From IMG/VR virus record IMGVR_UViG_3300021197_000868, positions 40,931 through 104,930 of that record: 64,000 bases of DNA. One strand, given 5' to 3'. The notes below the pieces were generated by a model, which was not told the DNA's origin, searched no databases, and saw nothing but the letters and a program-made list of their open reading frames with translations. Each line of letters begins with the position of its first letter. The stretch's first letter is position 1. This document shows positions 50,543-59,030 of the stretch, in pieces. A program made the position numbers and the translations under genes. Origin of the DNA: a virus.

Positions 50543-51806
50543 TACTCATCCCCCTTTCTATTAACTCAGTGACTTGAACTATGTCACCTATACCTAAGTT
50601 AGGTCGGTAACCAATGTATATTCCTTGATTGATATAACCATCCTCACCTACTTGTACGGCTGCTACTTCTATGACATTCAGTTCACCCTTACGTCCGAAT
50701 ACACCACCATCTTCACGGTGTGGTTTTTCAGGTATGGGTATCTTAGCCACTGTTACTAACTCATCTAGTCCATCAAGAGCAGCGAGAGTCCAGTGACTAT
50801 CATCAATCTCATGCAAGCATAGGTTCACACGTGACCTGTGTGGGTACATCACGTAGCCCATTACTTCATCAGGTTCGTATATACTACTACCTTCTATCAG
50901 TCTTACAGCCTGTACGTCAGGAGAGTTTAGTCTTACGTTCACCTGAAACCATGCACCTTCTTTTTCAAGGGGGATGACTTCAGTCTCAACACTAAACGTA
51001 TGGCGGCGCTCATCGAAACTTCTGTACACACCCTCATAAATATCAATGCCTACATCTCCTACCGCCTCTATTATCACGCCAGTGCCAGCCCTACATTTTC
51101 TATATTCATCAGTCACTAACTCACCGTTACGATGTCTTACCTTACCAGCGTAGTGATAGTGTAAGTCTCCATTAGGGATGACTACTGCATAGTATTCTCC
51201 TTGTGGTGGACTTAGTTTAGACCAACGTCTCCATCGAGCAGGAGCAGGGAATAACCTTGGGTGTCTCCACCATTCCTTTAGCACGTGGATAGATTCAGGG
51301 TCATCATACATCTTAGCGAGTGTCTCCTGATTTGTGTTCTGTCTAACTATCTTCGGTGGTATCTCAAAGGAGGCAGCCATCTTACCAAAGAAAGACCGCT
51401 TGCTTATTGGTGGTTTACCACTGAGGAGATAACGCCAAACTAACCTAGCCTCAATCTCATTGAACTGTTGTGCTATCTGCGAGAAGGACATATCTTCAAA
51501 CGGTAAGTCTAGTACCTTCTGACATGTCATGTCTTTTGATGCTGCTTTATTACTCTCGGATGCGAGGGCATACCATACCTCCTCATGTGGTAGCATGTTA
51601 TCAACCACGTCGAAGTAAAGTTCCATCTCCTTTGCTATCTTGCTAACAGCATTGTGTCTTTCAACTCTAGCCTTTGTAGGGAAGAAGAACTCATAGAAGT
51701 ACAAAGCCTCATCCTTATCGGTGAGCCAACCTCTAAGTTGGTTCCCAGTGAGTTTGTCACCTAGTCTTAGATGCTCGTGCATGGTTGCTAGTTTAGCGAA
51801 CCTCAT
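50529..51806 (-). CDS. ATP-dependent DNA ligase homologue, apparently catalytically inactive
   Basis: Colinear DBD (EARLVWRYLL), NTase and OB (LAALDG, TVAKI, VIEV, YRP) segments; motif I KxDG reads IPNG. Confidence 0.6.
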   Translation of the reverse strand: MRFAKLATMHEHLRLGDKLTGNQLRGWLTDKDEALYFYEFFFPTKARVERHNAVSKIAKEMELYFDVVDNMLPHEEVWYALASESNKAASKDMTCQKVLDLPFEDMSFSQIAQQFNEIEARLVWRYLLSGKPPISKRSFFGKMAASFEIPPKIVRQNTNQETLAKMYDDPESIHVLKEWWRHPRLFPAPARWRRWSKLSPPQGEYYAVVIPNGDLHYHYAGKVRHRNGELVTDEYRKCRAGTGVIIEAVGDVGIDIYEGVYRSFDERRHTFSVETEVIPLEKEGAWFQVNVRLNSPDVQAVRLIEGSSIYEPDEVMGYVMYPHRSRVNLCLHEIDDSHWTLAALDGLDELVTVAKIPIPEKPHREDGGVFGRKGELNVIEVAAVQVGEDGYINQGIYIGYRPNLGIGDIVQVTELIERGMSNDTE

Positions 51807-51994
51807 CCTCTCACCTCCAAACAAGCAGGGCATACTGGTAGTGATTTGATGAACTCCTTGTCATTCATCTTACTGTTAGGCCAACTGGTATTAGTTGACA
51901 CTGAGTCGCACAGGTTACCTGTGCTAGTTATGAAGATGTGTATTACCTTAGGAGTCTTCCTCTTATCCCAGTCAGCCCATTCTACATCGCTCAT
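51803..51994 (-). CDS. Small Cys/His zinc-binding protein
   Basis: H..LC...CPAC; ATGA overlaps on both sides. Confidence 0.6.
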   Translation of the reverse strand: MSDVEWADWDKRKTPKVIHIFITSTGNLCDSVSTNTSWPNSKMNDKEFIKSLPVCPACLEVRG

Positions 51995-52206
51995 TCAATC
52001 CCCTCCTTTCTAATGAAGTCATGTAGTCTCTTTCCTAAATCATTGAAGTCGTCACACTCATCACGCATGGTGATTAGTGCTTCACGCAATCGCTTAACTT
52101 CTGCGAGCAGGTCATTGTGTTCATTCACAACATCTTTCCAATCATGGTGATTCATCTTATACCAATCGTCAATCGTTAGTCCTTCGTATTTCTCTGTGTC
52201 AATCAT
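51991..52206 (-). CDS. MIDT/LLAEVKRL family protein, copy 1
   Basis: MIDTEKYEG...LLAEVKRLRE. Confidence 0.7.
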   Translation of the reverse strand: MIDTEKYEGLTIDDWYKMNHHDWKDVVNEHNDLLAEVKRLREALITMRDECDDFNDLGKRLHDFIRKEGIE

Positions 52207-52523
52207 TCTTTCACCAACCTATTCAATTCCTTGATGTTATTCTCAAATGTGTATGAATCATTGTTCACCCACAACTCAGCCTCAAACAGTTTTGCTTTCA
52301 GTCGCTTGACTTCTGCTCGCTCATCTATGAGTGCTTGAAGGAGAAGTGGTGCGTCTTCTATGAGTCGTGCGTCTGCCTTGTGATTACCCAACTTAGCCTT
52401 ATTACAAGCCATCCAGTATGGGATATGCCAACCATATTCACCATTATCTTCAGGCTCTCCTTGTCCTACCACTTGCCAAATCTCAACAGGTGTGTGTCCT
52501 TCGTATTCGTCTGTGTCAATCAT
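52203..52523 (-). CDS. MIDT/LLAEVKRL family protein, copy 2
   Basis: MIDTDEYEG...AEVKRLK. Confidence 0.7.
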   Translation of the reverse strand: MIDTDEYEGHTPVEIWQVVGQGEPEDNGEYGWHIPYWMACNKAKLGNHKADARLIEDAPLLLQALIDERAEVKRLKAKLFEAELWVNNDSYTFENNIKELNRLVKE

Positions 52524-52720
52524 TCAACCAACTCCATTAGTGCATCTATGATATACTTCCCTCTAATGTCAGCATGGATATTTTCTGCAAGTGACTTGAT
52601 ACCTTCACGTAACCTCTTAACTTCTGCAAGTAGGTTGTCTGCTACATCAAAGTCAATATAGCCTAATTTATTGAATAGTCCCGCTTCTCTTCTTCTTTCT
52701 TCTTTGTCTGTGTTAATCAT
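52520..52720 (-). CDS. MIDT/LLAEVKRL family protein, copy 3
   Basis: ATG 52720 gives MINTDKEE...LLAEVKRLRE. Confidence 0.7.
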   Translation of the reverse strand: MINTDKEERRREAGLFNKLGYIDFDVADNLLAEVKRLREGIKSLAENIHADIRGKYIIDALMELVE

Positions 52721-53055
52721 ACATATTCCTCTATTAGTTCTTTGAAAGCATTCTGCCATACACTAGGTCTTGGTTGAGTACCTACACCAAACAACTCCAG
52801 TGTTAGGTTTCTCATTTTGATAGCACTGACTTTCATACCGTTGCGCTTTGCTGCTAGGTAGATACAGTCAACCATCAAACCATGTGGGCTACGTGAAGCA
52901 GTCCACATAGGTGAACGTTCTACTTTCATCTGTAGTATCTTCGCTGAAGCGAACTGCTCTACAGTCAGACCTATGCTGGTCGCTAACTCAAGAGCCCTAT
53001 CATCTCTACCGTGTGCATCATAAGCACGCCTTAGTGCATCTGCTTTCTCACTCAT
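52717..53055 (-). CDS. Single cyclin-repeat TFB/TFIIB-like protein
   Basis: LATSIGL....AK......ASRSPHGLMVDCIYLAAKRNG...FGV...NAFKEL parallels the second TFB core repeat (LGL...A..IL...GK.P.G.AAAAIY.A....G...GV....NRYKEL). Confidence 0.6.
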   Translation of the reverse strand: MSEKADALRRAYDAHGRDDRALELATSIGLTVEQFASAKILQMKVERSPMWTASRSPHGLMVDCIYLAAKRNGMKVSAIKMRNLTLELFGVGTQPRPSVWQNAFKELIEEYV

Positions 53056-53057
53056 AG

Positions 53058-53609
53058 TCAGTCCTCATCTCTCTTTGTGTAGACATCAACAAGACCGTTA
53101 GTAACTCTTAGTGCTTTGATTAGTGCCTTATTCTCACGCTCTAGTTGAGCACTGTATTCTTCTAGTGCTAATATCTTGATACGTGCTTTGCTTAACTCAT
53201 CTTTACACACACCTAATTTAGCCAAGGTGTTGTCTTCTTCCCTTGGGTCCTTCGGGAAGTACGGGTTGTCTTCCGTCATCATTTCGTAGGGGCTTGTTGC
53301 CTTTGCCCAATTGGATGACCAAGTCAACCTTGCTTCCGGCTGTTGTCTTCTATCATCTTTGTTACCAGTGCCTTTTCTAAACTCATTACCAAAGGGAGGG
53401 CCAGTACCACTATGTCTCTTGGCTATGTCTACACCTCTCCTACGGAGTTTAGTGCATCTCATACTAACTGAAGCCGAAGAGCGTTTCAGTTGAGTAGCAA
53501 TATCTATGTTGCTAACTCCATCACGCCTCATCTGTATCAGTTTCTGTTCATCTAGTTCAGTCCACTTTCCTTTGTGTGTCTTGCCTTTTTTCATATTCTT
53601 TTTCTTCAT
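53058..53609 (-). CDS. Myb/GcrA-like HTH protein with C-terminal coiled coil
   Basis: KWTELDEQKLIQMRRDGVSNIDIATQLKRSSASVSMR. Confidence 0.7.
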   Translation of the reverse strand: MKKKNMKKGKTHKGKWTELDEQKLIQMRRDGVSNIDIATQLKRSSASVSMRCTKLRRRGVDIAKRHSGTGPPFGNEFRKGTGNKDDRRQQPEARLTWSSNWAKATSPYEMMTEDNPYFPKDPREEDNTLAKLGVCKDELSKARIKILALEEYSAQLERENKALIKALRVTNGLVDVYTKRDED

Positions 53610-54190
53610 GATTCATTCACCTCAATTCTTTCTTTCACTTCAGCACTGATTGCGCTCACGTCCATGTGGGCAGTGCTGAGTGGAATGGCTTGCATCTTGA
53701 GCAGGGTATCTCCTGCTCGTGTGGACATTGTATGTCCTAGTATTTCTTCGAGTGCTTCATTCAAAGCGGCCTCGTGTTTAGTGTCATCTTCTACTGTATC
53801 ATCAGTGATGATAGCAGCGATGTCTTTCAGTGCCTTCTTTACTACAGGGCTCATGACATCAGCATCAGCATCTGTAGGTACGAAGTTACGTATAGCCATC
53901 CTAAGAAGACGGCGCATGATTCTCTTCATTGGTAACTTACGTGGGATGCGCTGCTCAACTGCTGCACATCTACGGTAACCATTACCGTGTGTCTTACCAC
54001 CAGTGTGAGGCTCAGGTACTAACATAACTGTAGAGCCAGTTAGCATGTCTGTCACCATCACCTGTGGGTTGGAGTAGTAGTCCTCATCCTTGTGGTGTGA
54101 GTTCTTCTCACGCTTCTCTATCTGAGACGCTACCACCTTGAGGGCCTTGGCAGTACCATCAGTCCATTCCATCTCTGCTACTTGTTTCAT
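53606..54190 (-). CDS. Hypothetical protein
   Basis: ATG ~26 nt downstream of the promoter TTAAA core. Confidence 0.7.
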   Translation of the reverse strand: MKQVAEMEWTDGTAKALKVVASQIEKREKNSHHKDEDYYSNPQVMVTDMLTGSTVMLVPEPHTGGKTHGNGYRRCAAVEQRIPRKLPMKRIMRRLLRMAIRNFVPTDADADVMSPVVKKALKDIAAIITDDTVEDDTKHEAALNEALEEILGHTMSTRAGDTLLKMQAIPLSTAHMDVSAISAEVKERIEVNES

Positions 54191-54199
54191 CAATACCCC

Positions 54200-54239
54200 T
54201 CTTCTAATTCTGCTTTAAGTAGTGAACTAGCAGTCTCCT
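54200..54239 (-). promoter_or_regulatory. Conserved promoter/intergenic repeat
   Basis: Minus strand AGGAGACTGCTAGTTCACTACTTAAAGCAGAATTAGAAGA. Confidence 0.75.
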
Positions 54240-54250
54240 TGTTTTCAAAA

Positions 54251-54267
54251 CGATGCTGCTTTATAGG
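54251..54267 (-). promoter_or_regulatory. Second, variant promoter motif in tandem
   Basis: Minus strand CCTATAAAGCAGCATCG shares TAAAGCAGCATCG with the copy at 39233. Confidence 0.5.
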
Positions 54268-54312
54268 CAAGCGAGAGAGTGGGCGATTTATCTGACACAC
54301 CATCATCTGTAT

Positions 54313-54645
54313 TCACTCCTCCTGTGTATCTATTCTACAGTAGTAGTCTCTACCTTCTGTGATTAACACGCCATCCCAGTTCTCTATACCTAACCTAGGC
54401 GCTGCCTTTCTAACATACCAATTCCTTACTGCTGCTGGTGTAACCTGTATTATTACACCAGTCATGTATCTCTGTCTTTGCTGACGATTGGGATTACCAA
54501 ACTCAGTTCCAACTGTCAAGATGTGATAGTTCTTCGCTACCTCTTCTTCTATAGATTTAGATATGAATGCTTGAGGCTCATGCTCATCAATAAACATTTG
54601 AATAGCAGACTTCACTGATGGATAATGCCACGGTCTTTTAGCCAT
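54313..54645 (-). CDS. Hypothetical protein
   Basis: GGTGA RBS; within the operon. Confidence 0.6.
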   Translation of the reverse strand: MAKRPWHYPSVKSAIQMFIDEHEPQAFISKSIEEEVAKNYHILTVGTEFGNPNRQQRQRYMTGVIIQVTPAAVRNWYVRKAAPRLGIENWDGVLITEGRDYYCRIDTQEE

Positions 54646-54915
54646 TCACTCACCTTCCTTTCTAGTGCGCTGTTCTTCGATAGCCTCGCACTCTTCGATA
54701 GCCTCTAGTAAACGTGGTAACATTTCCTTTGCTTGTTGTAGTGTAAGTCTAGCACCATGTCTTGTGTGTTGATTGGCTCCATCCTTTGTCTTGATGATTC
54801 GCAGGTCTATCCATGTCTTACCATAGTAGTCTATGTGCGCTAGGCGTACATCACCAGCACCATCTTTCCACTTGCCTTCCATGCTCGCAGTCCTCCATAC
54901 AGATACTTCACTCAT
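54646..54915 (-). CDS. PC4/YdbC-like ssDNA-binding protein
   Basis: VRL...YYGKTWIDLR......TRHGARLTLQQ matches the PC4 pattern (G..YIDIR...T.KGI.L...Q). Confidence 0.7.
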   Translation of the reverse strand: MSEVSVWRTASMEGKWKDGAGDVRLAHIDYYGKTWIDLRIIKTKDGANQHTRHGARLTLQQAKEMLPRLLEAIEECEAIEEQRTRKEGE

Positions 54916-54916
54916 A

Positions 54917-55081
54917 TTATTTCCACCTCTTCAAACTAACATAGCAATCATGACATAACTTATGTACAGGGTGTAGTGGTTCTTCTCTACGACACGTAGT
55001 ACATCTAGGCTGTAAGTCTTTGAATATGGGATGCCTCTCAGTGGCATGACTCTTCTTCTTCTTTCGACTAAAGATACCCAT
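54917..55081 (-). CDS. 54-aa zinc-finger protein (not in ORF track)
   Basis: Manual translation MGIFSRKKKKSHATERHPIFKDLQPRCTTCRREEPLHPVHKLCHDCYVSLKRWK; fills the gap exactly. Confidence 0.7.
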   Translation of the reverse strand: MGIFSRKKKKSHATERHPIFKDLQPRCTTCRREEPLHPVHKLCHDCYVSLKRWK

Positions 55082-55083
55082 AC

Positions 55084-55350
55084 TCAATCCCCATCGAGCC
55101 AGTTAGCATGTCCGTCTCTATATCTTTGGTAGGCTTCATCATCTGCATCAGCCTTCATCTTCTCATGGTCTACCCATTCAAAAACATCCTTTGCTATTCT
55201 CTCGACTTCCTCTTCGATGAAATCTTTAGCGTCATAAGGACTGTTGACTAAGTCCTCAAACATGTGTTTCAATTCTTCAGCACTCATGTGGTCAGTCAGT
55301 AAATCAGATACGGACTTGTACCCACAGAACTCTAGTATATCTTCTATCAT
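55084..55350 (-). CDS. Acidic hypothetical protein
   Basis: ATGA overlap; RBS present. Confidence 0.65.
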   Translation of the reverse strand: MIEDILEFCGYKSVSDLLTDHMSAEELKHMFEDLVNSPYDAKDFIEEEVERIAKDVFEWVDHEKMKADADDEAYQRYRDGHANWLDGD

Positions 55351-56048
55351 TCCTCTTCACCTATCTGTTCCCTACAATAAGTTCCCCACATCCAAGGCGG
55401 TACTTTGACACCAGTCTCAGGGCAAGTGCTACCAACAAGGACACCTAGTTCACCAGCGTCAGCCATCTCAAACATCTGCTGTCTAGTGAGAGCAACCATG
55501 AAGTAAGAGCCAGTCCAATAGCGCATGAATAAATCATCACCTGCTAACAGGTTGTAGTCATCAGGATTCATTATGAGTTCTTTATCATCACCGTAGTAGG
55601 CTTTGACACCCCAGTCCTCTATAGTAGAAGTCTCACCGTTGTCTAGTAGTATCTCTCGGTCACCCATGTAAGTAGGCTTAGCATCCTCAAGTGGTAGGTC
55701 TGCTAGTCTAGTTCCATCCTCAGTAGTCCAAGAAGCAGCCACTGCTTGACGCTCTTGCATCTCCTGCCTGAAAGCATCCTCGGCTGTAATCGCTGGTGAT
55801 GTAACCATGACATCATCATCAATCATATCTATGTTCACAGTAGCAAACAGTTTGGCTATTCTGTCATGGTGGTGTGTGGAGTCAGGGTGGTCTACTCTAT
55901 GTTCTAATTGTAGAGTAGTGTCGTCTACCTTACGATAGCGACAGCCAGTTCCATCAGGTCGCCACACTGCCTTAGCAGCCATTTGATTAAAATGTTCTAG
56001 CGCCCATACTTTCAGTTCAGGTGTAAAGTCTTCGTTGTTTATATCCAT
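55347..56048 (-). CDS. Hypothetical protein
   Basis: 233 aa; consistent codon use; RBS. Confidence 0.7.
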   Translation of the reverse strand: MDINNEDFTPELKVWALEHFNQMAAKAVWRPDGTGCRYRKVDDTTLQLEHRVDHPDSTHHHDRIAKLFATVNIDMIDDDVMVTSPAITAEDAFRQEMQERQAVAASWTTEDGTRLADLPLEDAKPTYMGDREILLDNGETSTIEDWGVKAYYGDDKELIMNPDDYNLLAGDDLFMRYWTGSYFMVALTRQQMFEMADAGELGVLVGSTCPETGVKVPPWMWGTYCREQIGEEE

Positions 56049-56371
56049 TGGTTCATCACTTCCGTTTTTTCTAGTTCATACAACATCATAGTGTTACAGC
56101 ATTTACCTACAAGGTAGTAGTGCTCCTCCATGATGATGAGAATTGAATCAGTATCAGCAAGGGCAGCAGAACAGATGGGGCATTTATCAATGAACCCATC
56201 TGTTCCACATAGCACTGCTGTGACCTGCTCATGTCCATACCCGCTGGGCAGGTGTAATTGAACATGTCGCAGGTCTACAGAGTGACCATTCGATAGAGTC
56301 CATACTCCATCCTTGCTGATGTTTTCTGCCTTCAAGTCCTCAGTGACAGTGTCTTCATCACTGTCCTTCAT
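56039..56371 (-). CDS. Hypothetical Cys-containing protein
   Basis: ATG 56371 after GGAGG; CPIC...CC. Confidence 0.6.
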   Translation of the reverse strand: MKDSDEDTVTEDLKAENISKDGVWTLSNGHSVDLRHVQLHLPSGYGHEQVTAVLCGTDGFIDKCPICSAALADTDSILIIMEEHYYLVGKCCNTMMLYELEKTEVMNQWI

Positions 56372-57905
56372 CGGACTTAACCTCCTTCTTAGGTGCATCC
56401 TTGATAGTGAACGAAGGTAGTTTAGTGAAGTTCGCCTTGTGTTCTGCTATTACTACAGGAGCAGCATTACGATACATGAGCATGAAGTCTTCAGGACTCA
56501 TGTAGTCTTCAGGGTCAACAGTGCCTTTCATGACCAAGTGCTGTGTGTAGTCGATGCTTCGTATACTCCACGATGAGTTGGTTTCACTCTTGTCGAAACC
56601 TTCATGCTCTCTGTGTGCAAAGTGTCCACCGTTTTCTAAGTGAGCAGTCATGATAGACTCAGCCATCGCTTCTGCTTGTGCCTTTGTAGAGAACCTTAGA
56701 TTTCTCAAGATTGTACTGGCACTCCAGTCGTCATTCTCCTTACGCCCCAACACATAGTCCTTGATTTCCTTAGTTGGTTTCCATACAAAGTTCGCTATCT
56801 CATGACCATGTGACATACGAGAGTTGGTTTTAGTATACTTCCAACCATTCGCTATCTCTCCTTCCTTGCGCTTCTTGCTGTTAGTCTGCTTTACGTGAGC
56901 AGTCATCTCAGAAAGCCAGCCCCAGTCAGACCACCAGTGTGTAGCATTCTTACCACGACCTTCCTTCATGACGATGTTGTCATTACGTTTGAGCATACGA
57001 AGTAGGCTAGGTTTGATTGCATCTATTACTTCAGACTCAGGTATAGCAGCAGACATACTACGCTGTACCTCAGACCAAAGAACTACATTAGAGTGGTGTA
57101 TTCCGACGTGACCATTCCATTGGTTATTATTCCAACCACTTTGAACAGAACCCTTACCGTATGCTGTAGCAAAACCATCATCATCACGAACAAGAGCCCA
57201 TCCAGTTGTTGTTGGGGAGTCGTGGTGAGCACAGGTCTTGTCTTGGTCATCCTTCCACTTACATTCACCTTTTGTATTGCTTCTCTTTTGGATTATATTT
57301 TCACCTTGTTTGAAAGTGTAGTCACTATCATACATCTCATCAAGGAGTGTGAGTAGTGGCTTGAAGAAGGGAGTGTCGATTACAGTATTCATACTCACGC
57401 TAAGATGGTGGCATGCTCTCTTGACTCTGAACGTAGTACAAGCACGAGCAGGGTGGTCTTCCGCTATCTCATTGTTATCTAACCACTCACTCAGTGTACA
57501 GTTACTACCCCAAGTTGAAGTATTGAAGGTAAGATGTCTAGTGTCTGTATTGAAGTTTGGACTGCCTACGGTGAACTCAGTAGCATTTACTTCATCATGT
57601 CCACATGATGGCGTGTTAGGCTTAGGGACTGTCCCATACGCTACCTTCCGTGTCATCAGAACTGCTGCTGCTCTAGTGTGTTGGTTGACTAAGTCTGACC
57701 AAGTCAACCTTGCTTCAGGCCCTGCTTTCATGAGAGAGTACGCAACTGCTGCGTCCATAGGCCAGCACTTCTTGATTGCTTTCTTAGTTCTCCCAACCGC
57801 ATGGTCTACGATTATCGGTTCTTCGCTAAAGTCTAGGTTGTTTTCAACCACTCCAGCCTTTTCATATCTGTTCCAACTTTGCCAGCCTTTCCATTCTCCA
57901 CTCAT
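56358..57905 (-). CDS. Hypothetical protein (Trp-rich, 515 aa)
   Basis: Long ORF with ATGA coupling; no motif recognised. Confidence 0.75.
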   Translation of the reverse strand: MSGEWKGWQSWNRYEKAGVVENNLDFSEEPIIVDHAVGRTKKAIKKCWPMDAAVAYSLMKAGPEARLTWSDLVNQHTRAAAVLMTRKVAYGTVPKPNTPSCGHDEVNATEFTVGSPNFNTDTRHLTFNTSTWGSNCTLSEWLDNNEIAEDHPARACTTFRVKRACHHLSVSMNTVIDTPFFKPLLTLLDEMYDSDYTFKQGENIIQKRSNTKGECKWKDDQDKTCAHHDSPTTTGWALVRDDDGFATAYGKGSVQSGWNNNQWNGHVGIHHSNVVLWSEVQRSMSAAIPESEVIDAIKPSLLRMLKRNDNIVMKEGRGKNATHWWSDWGWLSEMTAHVKQTNSKKRKEGEIANGWKYTKTNSRMSHGHEIANFVWKPTKEIKDYVLGRKENDDWSASTILRNLRFSTKAQAEAMAESIMTAHLENGGHFAHREHEGFDKSETNSSWSIRSIDYTQHLVMKGTVDPEDYMSPEDFMLMYRNAAPVVIAEHKANFTKLPSFTIKDAPKKEVKSDEGQ

Positions 57906-58441
57906 ACTATCATCTCCTTTGTTATATCACATGTCGACCATGCACTCTTCGTATCTGATAGATTATTGTAACTCCACTTTGGTGCTGTTACAGTACCGAA
58001 GTCACCCTCCTCTACATTTACTATTAGTGACCAGTCACCCTTGACTGGTCTGTAGTAGTCAGACAAGTATATTTGCTTTTGACGCTTATCTGCCGTGAAC
58101 TCAGGGCGCATCCTAAGTACAACTATCTCAGCATCAGGGTAGTTGGTGTTCGCCCATTGCATTACGTCTCCTCGTGGTGCTGTCAAAGGCTGTACCATAG
58201 TACCATCTCTGTGCCTATAGGTGCTCCCAGTGTACTCATAAGTATCATTACGAAACTGTACAAGTGCCTGTATACTTCCATCGGGCAAACGAGCACCATA
58301 GAAAGGGTTCTCTGTATCTCTCATTCCATTTCTGTCGCTATTGTTATTACCTATACACTTTGACTGGTAGCCAAAGCGTAGAACTAGGTCTACCCATTCT
58401 GCATCTGTTATTGTTTTTGTTTTCTTATCCATTGTTTTCAC
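57902..58441 (-). CDS. Hypothetical protein
   Basis: First gene after the promoter repeat at 58456. Confidence 0.7.
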   Translation of the reverse strand: MKTMDKKTKTITDAEWVDLVLRFGYQSKCIGNNNSDRNGMRDTENPFYGARLPDGSIQALVQFRNDTYEYTGSTYRHRDGTMVQPLTAPRGDVMQWANTNYPDAEIVVLRMRPEFTADKRQKQIYLSDYYRPVKGDWSLIVNVEEGDFGTVTAPKWSYNNLSDTKSAWSTCDITKEMIV

Positions 58442-58455
58442 TGTCCTCTTCTTTT

Positions 58456-58495
58456 GATTCTGCTTTAAGTAGTGAACTACTCAGTCTCCTCTTCT
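58456..58495 (-). promoter_or_regulatory. Conserved promoter/intergenic repeat
   Basis: 58461-58495 is identical over 35 nt to 62440-62474. Confidence 0.8.
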
Positions 58496-58950
58496 AAAGT
58501 ATGTGCTTCACCTGCTGTGAGTGTGAGTAAACCACTCTGCTTAGCGAACTCAAGTAAGACAAGTATAGCAGGGTTGTGTTCTGCAAAAGCACCTGCCTCT
58601 AGTGACCCATCGCCTGTAAGTAAACCTGCTAGATTCATTGTGTCCATGTCTAGTATAGCACCTTCAGGGTGGTTCAGTTCTTCTCCTAGTATCAGGAGTT
58701 GAGTCTTATCTTCATCTTCAAAGTAGTGGCGTACTTCTGCCTCTACATATAGTAAGTTACCACTAGCAGGGCTCACTACTGTGGGCTCTTGCTCAAGTAA
58801 CCAGTCAGTAAGTTTAGGTGGCGCTTGTAGTTCTAGTGCCAACCCATACTTTCTGTTTACTTGTGTGCTACCTATACCTTGAACATGTATTCGATTAGTG
58901 TCGAACTCACATCTCACTTGTATTCTTTCCTTTCCATATTGCTCTGTCAT
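58477..58950 (-). CDS. Hypothetical protein (single-gene module between two repeats)
   Basis: Ends EEETE* inside the repeat; has its own promoter copy upstream. Confidence 0.7.
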   Translation of the reverse strand: MTEQYGKERIQVRCEFDTNRIHVQGIGSTQVNRKYGLALELQAPPKLTDWLLEQEPTVVSPASGNLLYVEAEVRHYFEDEDKTQLLILGEELNHPEGAILDMDTMNLAGLLTGDGSLEAGAFAEHNPAILVLLEFAKQSGLLTLTAGEAHTLEEETE

Positions 58951-58988
58951 ATTTCATCATCTCTTTTGTTTTGTTATCCTCTCTTTCT

Positions 58989-59030
58989 GATTCTGCTTTA
59001 AGTAGTGAACTCTCAGTCATAGTCTCCTCT
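58989..59030 (-). promoter_or_regulatory. Conserved promoter/intergenic repeat
   Basis: Minus strand AGAGGAGACTATGACTGAGAGTTCACTACTTAAAGCAGAATC. Confidence 0.78.

Noticed and set aside
51991-52720. Diversity-generating retroelement explaining the paralogous trio
   Set aside because: No reverse transcriptase in the window, and the differences are not adenine-specific substitutions over a ~100-nt repeat.
54190-54306. 38-codon minus-strand ORF (MMVCQINRP...SSLLKAELEEGY) reading through the tandem promoters
   Set aside because: Short, with no motif, and explained by promoter sequence; cannot be supported as a gene.
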